Origin: an uncultured Bartonella sp. | GTDB taxonomy: Bacteria > Pseudomonadota > Alphaproteobacteria > Rhizobiales > Rhizobiaceae | Length of the DNA stretch: 58,304 bases | Assembly: GCA_943913205.1 (NCBI GenBank) | Contig: CALTWN010000001.1 | Location: forward strand, 1-58,304 | Direction of reading: 5' to 3' | In this document: positions 10,028 through 19,868 of the stretch, one piece after another | Position numbering within the stretch: position 1 is the first letter of the stretch | How the letters are laid out: each line of letters starts with the position of its first letter | Made by a program: the position numbers and the translations under genes | Notes under the pieces: generated by a model | Database searches by the model: none | What the model saw: the letters and a program-made list of their open reading frames with translations, nothing else | What the model was told of the DNA's origin: nothing

Positions 10028-11017
10028 CTAACTCAGCCAAGGCAATATAGCGCGAATTTTTGCGCCTACTTTTTCAATAGTTTTTTTTTCATTATCATTT
10101 CGTATTTTTTGCATATTTTTCATTCCGGTTTTATATTCTTTTATCCAGTTTTTTACAAAAATTCCACTATTTATATTTAAAAATATCTGCTGCATATTTT
10201 TCTTTACCTCATCATCAATAACTTTAGGTCCAGCAATATACTCACCCCATTCGGCAGTGTTAGAAATAGATCTATTCATAGATGCTATACCGTTTTTATA
10301 AATGAGATCTACTACCAACTTTACTTCGTGAACACATTCTAAATAAGCGATGTGAGGATCTATTCCATTTTCAATTAAAACTTCATAGCCACTACGAATT
10401 AATTCAGTTAATCCACCGCATAATACAGCTTGCTCACCAAATAAGTCGCCTATACATTCATCTTTGAAGCTTGTTTCAAAAATTCCAGCATTGCCACAAC
10501 CTAAAGCGCTACTATAAGAAAGAGCTATATTCTTAGCTTGTTTACTTTCATTTTGGGCAATTGCTATAAGACAAATTGTGCCGCGCCCGCTCAAATATTC
10601 ATCCCTTACCGCATAACCCGGCCCTTTAGGCGCAACCATAAATACATCTATTGAAGGTTTTGGTTTTATTAAGCCAAAATGAATATTTAAACCATGAATA
10701 AAACAAAATGCCGCACCATCACGAATATTTGGCATTACAAATTGTTCATATATTTCAGCTTGCTTTTCATCTGGCAATGCAAATACTATTATATCAGCCC
10801 ATTTAGATAATGTTTCTATATTTTCTAATATAAAACCATCTTTTACAACTTGTATAGACGTTTTTGAGCCTTCGTAAAGAGCTACCCTTATTTGCTGTAC
10901 ACCACTATCTTTTAAATTTAAAGCGTGGGCCCTTCCTTGTGATCCATAGCCAATAAATCCAACTTTTTTACTTTGAATTAAACTTCTATCGCAATCTTTA
11001 TTAAAATATATTTGCAT
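10028..11017 (-). CDS. ilvC: Ketol-acid reductoisomerase
   Basis: GYGSQGRAHALNLKDSG, APKGPG, DLFGEQAVLCGG and SISNTAEWG. Confidence 0.97.
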   Translation of the reverse strand: MQIYFNKDCDRSLIQSKKVGFIGYGSQGRAHALNLKDSGVQQIRVALYEGSKTSIQVVKDGFILENIETLSKWADIIVFALPDEKQAEIYEQFVMPNIRDGAAFCFIHGLNIHFGLIKPKPSIDVFMVAPKGPGYAVRDEYLSGRGTICLIAIAQNESKQAKNIALSYSSALGCGNAGIFETSFKDECIGDLFGEQAVLCGGLTELIRSGYEVLIENGIDPHIAYLECVHEVKLVVDLIYKNGIASMNRSISNTAEWGEYIAGPKVIDDEVKKNMQQIFLNINSGIFVKNWIKEYKTGMKNMQKIRNDNEKKTIEKVGAKIRAILPWLS

Positions 11018-11031
11018 TACTTAGCCTTCAT

Positions 11032-11778
11032 TTAAGCATTTAGTGCGTATAAAAAACGCTTTACAGTATTTTCTATACCATAAATTAAAGCATCTGCCAC
11101 CAAACCGTGGCCTATAGAAACTTCTTCTATGTTATCGATATATGACACTAGCTTTGGTATATTTGCTACAGTTAAATCGTGCCCAGCATTTACACCCAAA
11201 TTTAGCTTTTGTGCATTTTTTGCTGTTATTTGCAGAGCAGATAATTCTTTTTGAATCTTTATATCGTCATTATAACAAGCAGCATATGGACCCGTATAAA
11301 GCTCTATTTTATCTATATTTATGTTTTTTATAAAAGATAAATCTTCAACCCCAGAATCAATAAAAGCAGAAATAATTATATTTTTTTGTAATTTTATTCT
11401 TTTTGTTACATCATTTAATATATGCTTATGTTTTTCTATATCCCAACCATGATCTGAAGTAGTTTGTTCGGGAGTATCAGGCACCAAAGTAATTTGAGTT
11501 GCATATGGTATGGCCAAATCAAGGAATTTATCACTAGGATAGCCTTCTATATTAAAACTAACATCTTTAAATTCATCTCTTAAAAAATCTGATATAATTT
11601 TTATATCCTTGAATTTTATATGCCGCTCATCAGGACGGGGATGTATAGTAATTCCATGAGCACCAGCGCGCAAAGCATAGCGCGCAATTTCAATAATATC
11701 AGGCCAAGGTAAATTACGCCTATTCCGTAATAAGGCTACAGCATTTAAATTAATAGAAAGTTTAGTATTATTTTTCAT
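11032..11778 (-). CDS. pdxJ: Pyridoxine 5'-phosphate synthase
   Basis: LSINLNAVALLRNRR, GITIHPRPDERHI, NAGHDL and EVSIGH. Confidence 0.96.
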   Translation of the reverse strand: MKNNTKLSINLNAVALLRNRRNLPWPDIIEIARYALRAGAHGITIHPRPDERHIKFKDIKIISDFLRDEFKDVSFNIEGYPSDKFLDLAIPYATQITLVPDTPEQTTSDHGWDIEKHKHILNDVTKRIKLQKNIIISAFIDSGVEDLSFIKNINIDKIELYTGPYAACYNDDIKIQKELSALQITAKNAQKLNLGVNAGHDLTVANIPKLVSYIDNIEEVSIGHGLVADALIYGIENTVKRFLYALNA

Positions 11779-11790
11779 CTCAATATTAAA

Positions 11791-12912
11791 TTATCGTACT
11801 ATAGTTAAACTTTTGGCTGCTCTAGTTATACCAGTATACAACCATTTTTCTTTTTCTTGGCGGAAAGCACGGCTTTCATCAAAAATCATCACATTATCCC
11901 ATTGTGAGCCCTGAGCTTTATGCACTGTTAAGGCATAACCATAATCAAAATCATCAAAGTTACGCTTAATCTGCCATGGAATTTCTTCATCCCTATTTTC
12001 AAACTGATCTTTTAATAATTTTATCTTTACGGTTGTGTTATCTTCATATTCTCCTAAAACTAAAAGATTAATATAGGATTTTGTACTAGGTATAGAACAT
12101 TGCATAACTCTCCAGCTTGATCCGTTTAGTAAACCTTTTTGCCAGTTATTACGTTGCGCTACAAGTTTATCGCCCACTACAGGAAAAACATCATCAAATC
12201 CCAAATGTTCCCTTATACGCGCATTATACATATTTTTTGTTTTATGCGTTCCTACTAAAATCTGATCGGCTTCTAGCACCATTTCTTTCGTTAAATCTGA
12301 ACGCCTAATAACCTTAACATCGCCATAATCGCCATATTCAAACTCTTTACCTTCACGTGCTAATTTAGAAAAATATATAATAACATTATCGCTATCTTGG
12401 CGAAAAATTTCTGTTAATTGCACATCAGCTTTGTGGTTAGTAAAAAATCCACCCCCAACTATAGGGGGCAATTGTCCAGGGTCGCCCAAAACTAAAACAG
12501 GCACGCCAAAACTTAATAAATCCTCACCCAATTTTTTATCAACCATAGAGCATTCATCGATGATAACCAAACCAGATTTTGTAAGCTCGCTATCTCTATT
12601 TAAAATAAAACTAGGTTCAAAAATTTTTTTACCACTTGCGCTACTAATAATTTCATTTCCGCCAACATGTTTATAGATTAAAGAATGAATTGTAGAAGCG
12701 TTAAATGCTCCCTTCATTCGTAAAACCTGTGCAGCTTTGCCCGTATAGGCAGCAAAACAAACTTTGGTGTCTAATTTTTCAGCAAAATATTTAGCCAAAG
12801 TCGTTTTACCAGTTCCTGCATAACCAAATAATCTAAATATTGGCTTTTCTTTTTTAAGAAACCAGTTTTCTACTTGGCTAAGAGCTTGACTTTGATTCTC
12901 AGATAGCTCCAT
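11791..12912 (-). CDS. RecD/Dda-like SF1B ATP-dependent DNA helicase (exonuclease V alpha-like)
   Basis: GYAGTGKTT, IIDECSMV, GDPGQLPP, YALTVHKAQGSQW and YTGITRA. Probable start is the ATG at 12912 (MELSENQ). Confidence 0.9.
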   Translation of the reverse strand: MELSENQSQALSQVENWFLKKEKPIFRLFGYAGTGKTTLAKYFAEKLDTKVCFAAYTGKAAQVLRMKGAFNASTIHSLIYKHVGGNEIISSASGKKIFEPSFILNRDSELTKSGLVIIDECSMVDKKLGEDLLSFGVPVLVLGDPGQLPPIVGGGFFTNHKADVQLTEIFRQDSDNVIIYFSKLAREGKEFEYGDYGDVKVIRRSDLTKEMVLEADQILVGTHKTKNMYNARIREHLGFDDVFPVVGDKLVAQRNNWQKGLLNGSSWRVMQCSIPSTKSYINLLVLGEYEDNTTVKIKLLKDQFENRDEEIPWQIKRNFDDFDYGYALTVHKAQGSQWDNVMIFDESRAFRQEKEKWLYTGITRAAKSLTIVR

Positions 12913-13783
12913 AAATATTCCAGCTTTCATTCAATTGATGACGCTGCCAAGTTAATTGCCTTTTAGCATATTGTCTTGTGCGAGTTTTAACTAACTCTGT
13001 AGTATCATGCAAAGATAATTTGCCATCCAAATATGCGCAAAATTCACTAACTCCTATAGCACGCATACTCGTTACGTTTTTATCTTTATTTTTTCGTAAA
13101 AACATGTCAACTTCCTCTATGACACCTTTCTCAAGCATATTTTCAACACGATTATTTATGTTACTATAAAGCTTTTCTTTAGGTAATTGTATAACATATT
13201 TTTGTATTTTTTGTTTACTTAATATAGGTGTTGATTTTTGTTTTTGCCAGTAAGTTATTGATTTTCCGGTGCTGTGCCATACTTCCAAAGCCCTAACTAT
13301 ACGCTGCCCATCGCTAGGATTAATATTTGTAGCAGCATCGCTATCTGTGTTTTTTAAAGTAAAATATAAATCTTCTACTGAACCTGTAGCCAACTTTGTT
13401 CGCCAATAATCTCGCACATTTATATCAATATCAGGTATAGGTGAGATATTGCCCAAAAGAGCATTAAAATACAAGCCTGTACCGCCTACAAAAATTATTT
13501 TTTGTTTTATATGCAATAATTGCTCTACATCTTGAAGCCAATGCCCAACACTATATAACCTACCAGGATTAACATATGAAAAAAGATAATGCGGAACTTC
13601 TTGCCTAATATACATATTTGGTTGCGCGGTAAGAATAGGTAATGCATCATATATTTGCATTGAATCGCAATTAATAATTATAGCACCAAATTTTTTGGCT
13701 ATCTCAACAGCTAGCGAAGTTTTGCCTGTAGCTGTTGCCCCTATTAATAACAAATATTGCCAATTATCATTTAATTTTTTCAT
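12899..13783 (-). CDS. miaA: tRNA dimethylallyltransferase
   Basis: GATATGKT, NCDSMQIY, VGGTGLY and TRQYAKRQLTW. Probable start is the ATG at 13783, overlapping the folA stop. Confidence 0.96.
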   Translation of the reverse strand: MKKLNDNWQYLLLIGATATGKTSLAVEIAKKFGAIIINCDSMQIYDALPILTAQPNMYIRQEVPHYLFSYVNPGRLYSVGHWLQDVEQLLHIKQKIIFVGGTGLYFNALLGNISPIPDIDINVRDYWRTKLATGSVEDLYFTLKNTDSDAATNINPSDGQRIVRALEVWHSTGKSITYWQKQKSTPILSKQKIQKYVIQLPKEKLYSNINNRVENMLEKGVIEEVDMFLRKNKDKNVTSMRAIGVSEFCAYLDGKLSLHDTTELVKTRTRQYAKRQLTWQRHQLNESWNIYGAI

Positions 13784-14282
13784 ATATCTCAAAAATAGTT
13801 TCGCTACTATCCTTCTCGTCTCGCTCCACAATTTCTTTGTATATTTTATTCCAATTATCTATATCTAATGCAAATATAGTATCGCCATGCGGAGCATCCA
13901 AAACCCACGTAATATAAAGTTTATCTACCAGTTTTTCTTTTAAAAATTTATAATAAATTTGGGCTCCGCCAATTATAAATATCTCTTGCTTATTTAGTTT
14001 AATAGCTTCTTTTATAGCTATGTTTTGTGCCTCTTGTAAAGAATTTACTACAACAACATTATCAAACTTAGTTTCATAGCTTATATCTCTAGTTAAAATT
14101 ATATGAGAACGATTTTTAAGAGGCGCTGGTAAGCTTTCCCAGGTTTTACGCCCCATAATTATTGGTGAGTTTATGGTGATTCTTTTAAAACGCTGCAAGT
14201 CGCTTTTAAGGCGCCAAGGCATAGAACCATTTAGCCCTATCACTCCGTTTTGTGCAATAGCAGCTATTATAGAAAATTTCAT
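13767..14282 (-). CDS. folA: Dihydrofolate reductase
   Basis: [11 protein letters not shown]...[18 protein letters not shown] and IIGGAQIY; coupled to thyA. Confidence 0.96.
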   Translation of the reverse strand: MKFSIIAAIAQNGVIGLNGSMPWRLKSDLQRFKRITINSPIIMGRKTWESLPAPLKNRSHIILTRDISYETKFDNVVVVNSLQEAQNIAIKEAIKLNKQEIFIIGGAQIYYKFLKEKLVDKLYITWVLDAPHGDTIFALDIDNWNKIYKEIVERDEKDSSETIFEIYEKIK

Positions 14283-15073
14283 ACAGCTACCTTCGCCTTA
14301 ATATGTGGGTGTGCTTTATAATTAACAAGATTAAAATCGCTAAAGTCAAAAGAAAATATATCCTTAACGCTGGAATTTATTTCCATTTTAGGTAAATCAT
14401 AAGGCTCTCTTGTTATTTGTAATTGTGCTTGTTCTAAGTGATTACTATAAATATGAGCATCCCCCAATGTATGTATAAATTCATGGGGCTCTAAATTAGT
14501 AACACTTGCTATCATCATTAATAATAATGAATAAGAAGCAATATTAAACGGCACACCTAAAAAAATATCGGCAGAGCGTTGATATAATTGGCACGACAAA
14601 CGACCATCATTTACATAAAATTGAAAAAAACAATGGCAAGGTGGTAGCGCCATTTTACTTAAACTACCAACATTCCAGCTATTAACAATAAGGCGCCGAG
14701 AAGTAGGATTGTTTTTTATTTCGTTTATTATATTTGTTATCTGATCTATATGTCTACCATCAGCTGTTGGCCATGAGCGCCATTGATATCCATAAACTTC
14801 ACCTAAATCGCCATTACTATCTGCCCATTCATTCCAAATAGTTATATTATGTTCATTAAGCCATTTTATGTTAGTATCGCCCCGCAAAAACCATAAAAGT
14901 TCACCTATTATTGAACGAAGATGAAGCTTTTTAGTGGTAACTACAGGGAAGCCTTCACTTAAATTAAAGCGCATTTGATAGCCAAAAATAGATTTAGCAC
15001 CTACTTTGGTACGGTCCTCACGCATTGTGCCATTGGATAAAACGGTTTTTAATAGATCTAAATAATTTTTCAT
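14279..15073 (-). CDS. thyA: Thymidylate synthase
   Basis: [28 protein letters not shown] and GDAHIYSNH. Confidence 0.98.
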   Translation of the reverse strand: MKNYLDLLKTVLSNGTMREDRTKVGAKSIFGYQMRFNLSEGFPVVTTKKLHLRSIIGELLWFLRGDTNIKWLNEHNITIWNEWADSNGDLGEVYGYQWRSWPTADGRHIDQITNIINEIKNNPTSRRLIVNSWNVGSLSKMALPPCHCFFQFYVNDGRLSCQLYQRSADIFLGVPFNIASYSLLLMMIASVTNLEPHEFIHTLGDAHIYSNHLEQAQLQITREPYDLPKMEINSSVKDIFSFDFSDFNLVNYKAHPHIKAKVAV

Positions 15074-15116
15074 ATATACTCTTTATGTTTTACGTTATTT
15101 GAGGAGTAAATTAAAT

Positions 15117-16394
15117 ATGCAATTGATAAATAATAAAACAAATATTCCACTTATATTAAAAGTAGCTATAGGTAATTTTATAGAATGGTATGATTTTTAT
15201 GTATATAGTGCTACCTCTATTTACTTTGCTTCACAGTTTTTTCCTTCTAATGGTGATAAAGTACTCGAATTATTAAAATCCGCTAGCGTCTTTTTTATCG
15301 GTTTTTTAATGAGACCGATAGGAGCTTGGATTTTTGGTAGCATAGCCGATAAACACGGAAGGCGCTTTTCTATTCTGATAGCTGTGGCGCTTATGGGAGC
15401 TTCTGCTTTTCTTACGGCGATTTTACCAACATATACGACTATAGGCATATGGAGTGCTTTATTTTTATCTATATTCAGAATGATGCAAGGACTTTCAGCC
15501 GGAGGTCAATACGGGTCTATTGCTGCTTATATTAGCGAATCTTCAATAAAAGGCAAAGGGTGCTTTTATGCCTCTTTTCAAGCCATGACGCTAGTTATAG
15601 GTATGCTAGGCGCGAGTTTAGTTGTATATTTCTTAAGCCACATACTAACAGATGCACAATTACAAAATTGGGGGTGGCGCATACCTTTCTTTGTTGGTGC
15701 TATAATATCTGTAATAGGCTTTATTATACAATCTGGTTTGAACGAAAAAACACATCCAGAATCTAAGTCTAATATACCAGCCGGTAGTATTACTGTGTTA
15801 TTTAGAGATTATAAAAAAATCTTCTTTTTAGTTTCTGGCTACACAGCAGCTGGTTCATTAACCTTCTATACATTTACAACTTATATGCGCTCTTACTTAT
15901 ACACTACAACAGGATTTAACAAGGAAGCTACCCAGTCTATCGTAGTTGCAGCTTTATTTATATATATGATATGCTTACCTTTTTTTGGTTGGTTGGGTGA
16001 TAGAATAGGAACAAGAGCCTGTTTAAGGTGGTGGTCTGGTATTTCTATTTTTATTGTAATACCCATGTTAAAAATTATAGGCACTACTCATAGCTACTTT
16101 ACAGCTTTTATCTGTATTGTAATTTTATTGCTTGTATCCGCTTTATATTACGCAGTAAGCAACATCGTAAAAGCTGAAATGTATCCAAGTAACATACGTG
16201 CCCTCGGTGTATCACTATCTCACGCTGTTGCTAATGCAATTTTTGGTGGTTCGGCAAGTATGGTTGCATTATATTTTAAAAATATAGGCATTGGCTATGT
16301 TTTTAGTTATTATGTAACATTTATGCTTATGATAGCCGCTTTTTCAGCGTGGTATATGCCAGACGCCCGCAAATATAGCGATTTATATAAATAA
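15117..16394 (+). CDS. MFS metabolite:H+ symporter (MHS family, KgtP-like)
   Basis: GNFIEWYDFYVY, GFLMRPIG, FGSIADKHGRR, WGWRIPF and KAEMYP. GAGGAG at 15101-15106 favours the ATG at 15117 over the TTG at 15099. Confidence 0.88.
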   Translation: MQLINNKTNIPLILKVAIGNFIEWYDFYVYSATSIYFASQFFPSNGDKVLELLKSASVFFIGFLMRPIGAWIFGSIADKHGRRFSILIAVALMGASAFLTAILPTYTTIGIWSALFLSIFRMMQGLSAGGQYGSIAAYISESSIKGKGCFYASFQAMTLVIGMLGASLVVYFLSHILTDAQLQNWGWRIPFFVGAIISVIGFIIQSGLNEKTHPESKSNIPAGSITVLFRDYKKIFFLVSGYTAAGSLTFYTFTTYMRSYLYTTTGFNKEATQSIVVAALFIYMICLPFFGWLGDRIGTRACLRWWSGISIFIVIPMLKIIGTTHSYFTAFICIVILLLVSALYYAVSNIVKAEMYPSNIRALGVSLSHAVANAIFGGSASMVALYFKNIGIGYVFSYYVTFMLMIAAFSAWYMPDARKYSDLYK

Positions 16395-16444
16395 ATTAAA
16401 AGCTAGGCTCTTTTAAAATTAATAAAAATAGCATATATTATAGA

Positions 16445-16750
16445 AGCTAGCTTGCAAAAGCTAGCTATGGTAATAAAAGGTCAATAAAATAAGCCTATTG
16501 GACCCGGGGGCGGTACCCGGCGCCTCCACCACTTATTATGGGGGCGAAATAGGATCGACAAGGGTGTAAAAATTGTGCTTTTACTCGGTATTGTACCACC
16601 GTTATCGGGCTAAAATTATAGTTGCAAACGATAACTATGCAGGAGTAGCTCTCGCTGCTTAAGGCAGTGCGAAAGCTCCAAACTAAGTCTTAAATCTTTG
16701 CAGGTTTAAGCGGGGCTTGGGGGTGCCTGGCAACAGAAACCCCTAATTTT
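16445..16750 (+). ncRNA. ssrA: Two-piece (circularly permuted) tmRNA
   Basis: The acceptor piece ends ...GACCCGGGGGCGGTACCCGGCGCCTCCACCA at 16531. After an 8-nt spacer the coding piece starts GGGGGCGAAATAGGATCGAC at 16540, giving a G3-U70 alanine determinant. Tag ORF 16624-16662 encodes ANDNYAGVALAA*, and a GGCAACAGAA hairpin lies at the 3' end. Outer ends are approximate. Confidence 0.95.
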
Positions 16751-16773
16751 ATAATTATATTTAAGGTAGGCTT

Positions 16774-17292
16774 ATGAATAATGACTTAATACGATATGAT
16801 ATATTAGTAAAAGACGCACTACGCGATGTCATACGTAAGGTTTTAATCGAGGTTTCTAAAGCAGGATTGCCCGGACAGCACCATTTTTTTGTAACCTTTC
16901 TCACTAATGCTTCTGGTGTTAAAATTTCTCCGCAATTGAAAAAGTTATATCCCGAACAAATGACTATAGTTATTCAACATCAATTTTGGGATTTAATAGT
17001 TAATGATACATATTTTGAAATTAGCTTATCATTTAATAATGTAGCAGAGAATTTAGTTGTACCTTTTGCTGCTGTACAATGTTTTTACGACCCATACGCG
17101 TCTTTTGAAGCGGCCTTTAATTTACCTGAAGAGCCTATAGAGACTGAATCAAAAAAAGAAGACTCTACACATTATGCCGAAGTAACCAAACTGATTGACT
17201 TATCAGACAAAGAAACTGATAAAAAAATCGAAAATGATTCCAAAACTGCCAAAATAGTTTCCCTTTCAGATTTTAGGCGAAAAAAAGATTAA
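16774..17292 (+). CDS. sspB: ClpXP adaptor SspB (alphaproteobacterial type)
   Basis: DLIRYD...GLPGQHHFFVTF...YPEQMTIVIQHQFWDL and C-terminal IVSLSDFRRK ClpX-docking motif; adjacent to ssrA. Confidence 0.92.
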   Translation: MNNDLIRYDILVKDALRDVIRKVLIEVSKAGLPGQHHFFVTFLTNASGVKISPQLKKLYPEQMTIVIQHQFWDLIVNDTYFEISLSFNNVAENLVVPFAAVQCFYDPYASFEAAFNLPEEPIETESKKEDSTHYAEVTKLIDLSDKETDKKIENDSKTAKIVSLSDFRRKKD

Positions 17293-19226
17293 TGGATAGT
17301 TGGTTAAACGACTTAAACGAACAACAACTAGAAGCTGTAACAGCTACTGAAGGTCCATTATTAATTTTAGCGGGCGCCGGTACAGGTAAAACTAAAACTT
17401 TAACAACACGCCTAGTTCATATATTAAATAAAGGCTTAGCAAAACCTAGCGAGGTTTTATGTGTTACTTTTACCAATAAAGCTGCGCAAGAAATGGAAAG
17501 CCGTATAACAAAACTAGATAAAAATATTTCGTACCTTCCATGGATCGGCACCTTTCATAGTATAGCTGCTAGGTTTTTAAGAAGGCATGCCTCTTTGGCT
17601 GGCTTAGAAAGCAATTTTACAATTTTAGATAAAGCGGACTCTATAAAACTTTTAAAAAACATTCAAAAAAACCCAACTATCTCTCAAATCTTATATAATT
17701 ATATATCAAAATATAAAAACTTCGGTATGCTGCCAGATGATATATCGCAAGAAGAATTCAATAATGACTATAATTCAATAATTTTTGAATATAGCGACAT
17801 AAGTTTTGAAGATAATTTGCTTTATAAAAGTTATAGCGAATACCAAAAACATTTAAAAGACATGAATTGCTGTGATTTTGGCGACTTACTATTATTATCT
17901 TTTAAAATATTGCTAGCAAATACCGAAATACTATCTAGGTACCAAGAAAATTTCAAATATATTTTTGTAGATGAATATCAAGACACAAATTTGGTACAAT
18001 ATTTATTTATACGCTTATTAGCACAAAAACATCAAAATATATGTTGTGTAGGCGATGACGATCAAGCCATTTATGGTTGGCGGGGCGCCAATGTAAAACA
18101 TATGCTTCAATTTGAACATGATTTCAAAAATGCTAAACTAATTAAATTAGAGCGTAATTACCGTTCAACTGCTCCTATTTTAGGTGCGGCCAATGGCGTA
18201 ATAAAAGAAAATACACAGCGTATCGGTAAAAATTTATATCCACATAATGAAAAAGCTGCCCAAAATATTTATGTAACTGCATTTGCATCTGGCATGGAGG
18301 AAATCCAAAATATCTGCGAACAGATAATAAATCTTCAATATCAAGGACATAGTCTTGGTGAAATGGCTATTATTGTACGGCTACGTTCGCAACTTAATGA
18401 GCTTGAAAGTAAGCTACTTAACTATCAAATAAAATATCGACTTATTGGTGAATCTAGTTTTTTCGAATCTGCCGAGATAAAAGATATAATGGCATATTTG
18501 CGTATTATTTCTCAAACTAGTGATAATCTAGCTTATGAGCGCATACTTAACACTCCCAAACGGAATTTAGGCAAAGCAAGTTTAGATAAAATTAAAAATT
18601 ATGCTTCAACCTACAATTTGCCTTTATATTTAGCCGCGATTAAGTGCTTGGAAGATAATGTTTTTTCTAAACGACAACATAATGCTTTGCAAAATTTTCA
18701 TGGTTTATTACAAAAATGGCGCGATTTTTGCCAACATATGTCAATCGATAGTTTAACGCAAGAAATACTGAATGACATAGGCTATATAGATACACTTGAA
18801 AATGATATAACGGGAAAACGCAAGTTAAATATTAAAAGTTTGTTAGATCAAATGCAACAAAGTGATATAATATCCCTGCACGAATATTTACAAAATTTCG
18901 CGCTTAGTAGCGAGCGTTCTAGTAAAGCAGAAGATGCTATAAATATAATGACTATTCACGCAGCAAAAGGCTTAGAGTTTAAAACTGTATTTTCTCCAGC
19001 ATGGGAAGAAAATATTTTACCATTTGCCAAAAAAGGGCAAATAATAGAAAATTATACAGATATAGAAGAAGAGCGAAGATTAGCCTATGTAGTAATGACC
19101 AGAGCTAAAGAAAATTTATATCTTTCTTTTAGCTTATATCGCATCAGATATGGAGTAGCTTACTATAATAACCCTTCTAGATTTTTAGATGATATACCAG
19201 CTGCATGTACACAAGTTGCTAAATAA
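17292..19226 (+). CDS. uvrD: UvrD/PcrA-family SF1A DNA helicase
   Basis: LAGAGTGKT, VTFTNKAA, VDEYQDTN, GDDDQAIYGWRGA, NYRS, TIHAAKGLEF and EEERRLAYV. Confidence 0.92.
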   Translation: MDSWLNDLNEQQLEAVTATEGPLLILAGAGTGKTKTLTTRLVHILNKGLAKPSEVLCVTFTNKAAQEMESRITKLDKNISYLPWIGTFHSIAARFLRRHASLAGLESNFTILDKADSIKLLKNIQKNPTISQILYNYISKYKNFGMLPDDISQEEFNNDYNSIIFEYSDISFEDNLLYKSYSEYQKHLKDMNCCDFGDLLLLSFKILLANTEILSRYQENFKYIFVDEYQDTNLVQYLFIRLLAQKHQNICCVGDDDQAIYGWRGANVKHMLQFEHDFKNAKLIKLERNYRSTAPILGAANGVIKENTQRIGKNLYPHNEKAAQNIYVTAFASGMEEIQNICEQIINLQYQGHSLGEMAIIVRLRSQLNELESKLLNYQIKYRLIGESSFFESAEIKDIMAYLRIISQTSDNLAYERILNTPKRNLGKASLDKIKNYASTYNLPLYLAAIKCLEDNVFSKRQHNALQNFHGLLQKWRDFCQHMSIDSLTQEILNDIGYIDTLENDITGKRKLNIKSLLDQMQQSDIISLHEYLQNFALSSERSSKAEDAINIMTIHAAKGLEFKTVFSPAWEENILPFAKKGQIIENYTDIEEERRLAYVVMTRAKENLYLSFSLYRIRYGVAYYNNPSRFLDDIPAACTQVAK

Positions 19227-19244
19227 AATATTTGGTGTTATAAT
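19216..19244 (+). promoter_or_regulatory. Putative sigma70 promoter for SCO-prmA-aminopeptidase P
   Basis: TTGCTA (19216-19221), 17-bp spacer, TATAAT (19239-19244), with an extended -10 TG. Confidence 0.6.
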
Positions 19245-19271
19245 TTTATTTTTAATAGTTTGGTGTGTTTT

Positions 19272-19865
19272 ATGAAAAATTTTGTTTCATTTTTAGTTTT
19301 AATTGCTGCTTTTGTAGGCTTTATTTACATTTATAATTATTTTATGCAACCCGGCCCTATTGGATGCGAATTTAATTTAATTTCTTCAAATGGTGAAAAA
19401 ATTACCGAAAAAGATATAAGGGCTAAGCCAGCTGTGGTGTTTTTTGGCTACACAATGTGCCCGGACATATGCCCAACAACTATGGTAGATATGCAGCATT
19501 GGATAGAACAGCTAGGTACTGACGCCAACAAATTAGGATGGTGGTTTTTTTCTGTAGATCCACAAAGAGATACGCCCCAGGTTATGCATAGCTACCTATC
19601 GAGTTTTCCAAAAAATATTATAGGCATAAGTGGAGATGCTGCAAAAGTTAATAAGGTTATAAAAGCTTTTAATATTGTTGCAAAAAAAGTTCCGGGTGAA
19701 AATAACGACTATACATACGACCATACAGCCGCAGTTATTTTACTACGCAAAGGCGGTCGTTCATATGGCATTATACCATTTCAAGCTGATGTAGGCGCAC
19801 AAAGTGAGAGAAATGGAATTGGGCTAGATAAATTAAAACAACTTATAAAAGATGAATATAGGTAA
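19272..19865 (+). CDS. SCO1/SenC copper chaperone family protein
   Basis: N-terminal TM anchor, FFGYTMCPDICP (CxxxC), SVDPQRD and YDHTA histidine ligand. Start taken as the ATG at 19272. Confidence 0.92.
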   Translation: MKNFVSFLVLIAAFVGFIYIYNYFMQPGPIGCEFNLISSNGEKITEKDIRAKPAVVFFGYTMCPDICPTTMVDMQHWIEQLGTDANKLGWWFFSVDPQRDTPQVMHSYLSSFPKNIIGISGDAAKVNKVIKAFNIVAKKVPGENNDYTYDHTAAVILLRKGGRSYGIIPFQADVGAQSERNGIGLDKLKQLIKDEYR

Positions 19866-19868
19866 CTT

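Noticed and set aside
11791..12912. RecD-like helicase as a defence or phage gene
   Set aside because: It is embedded in a housekeeping run with no nuclease, methylase or phage partner nearby.
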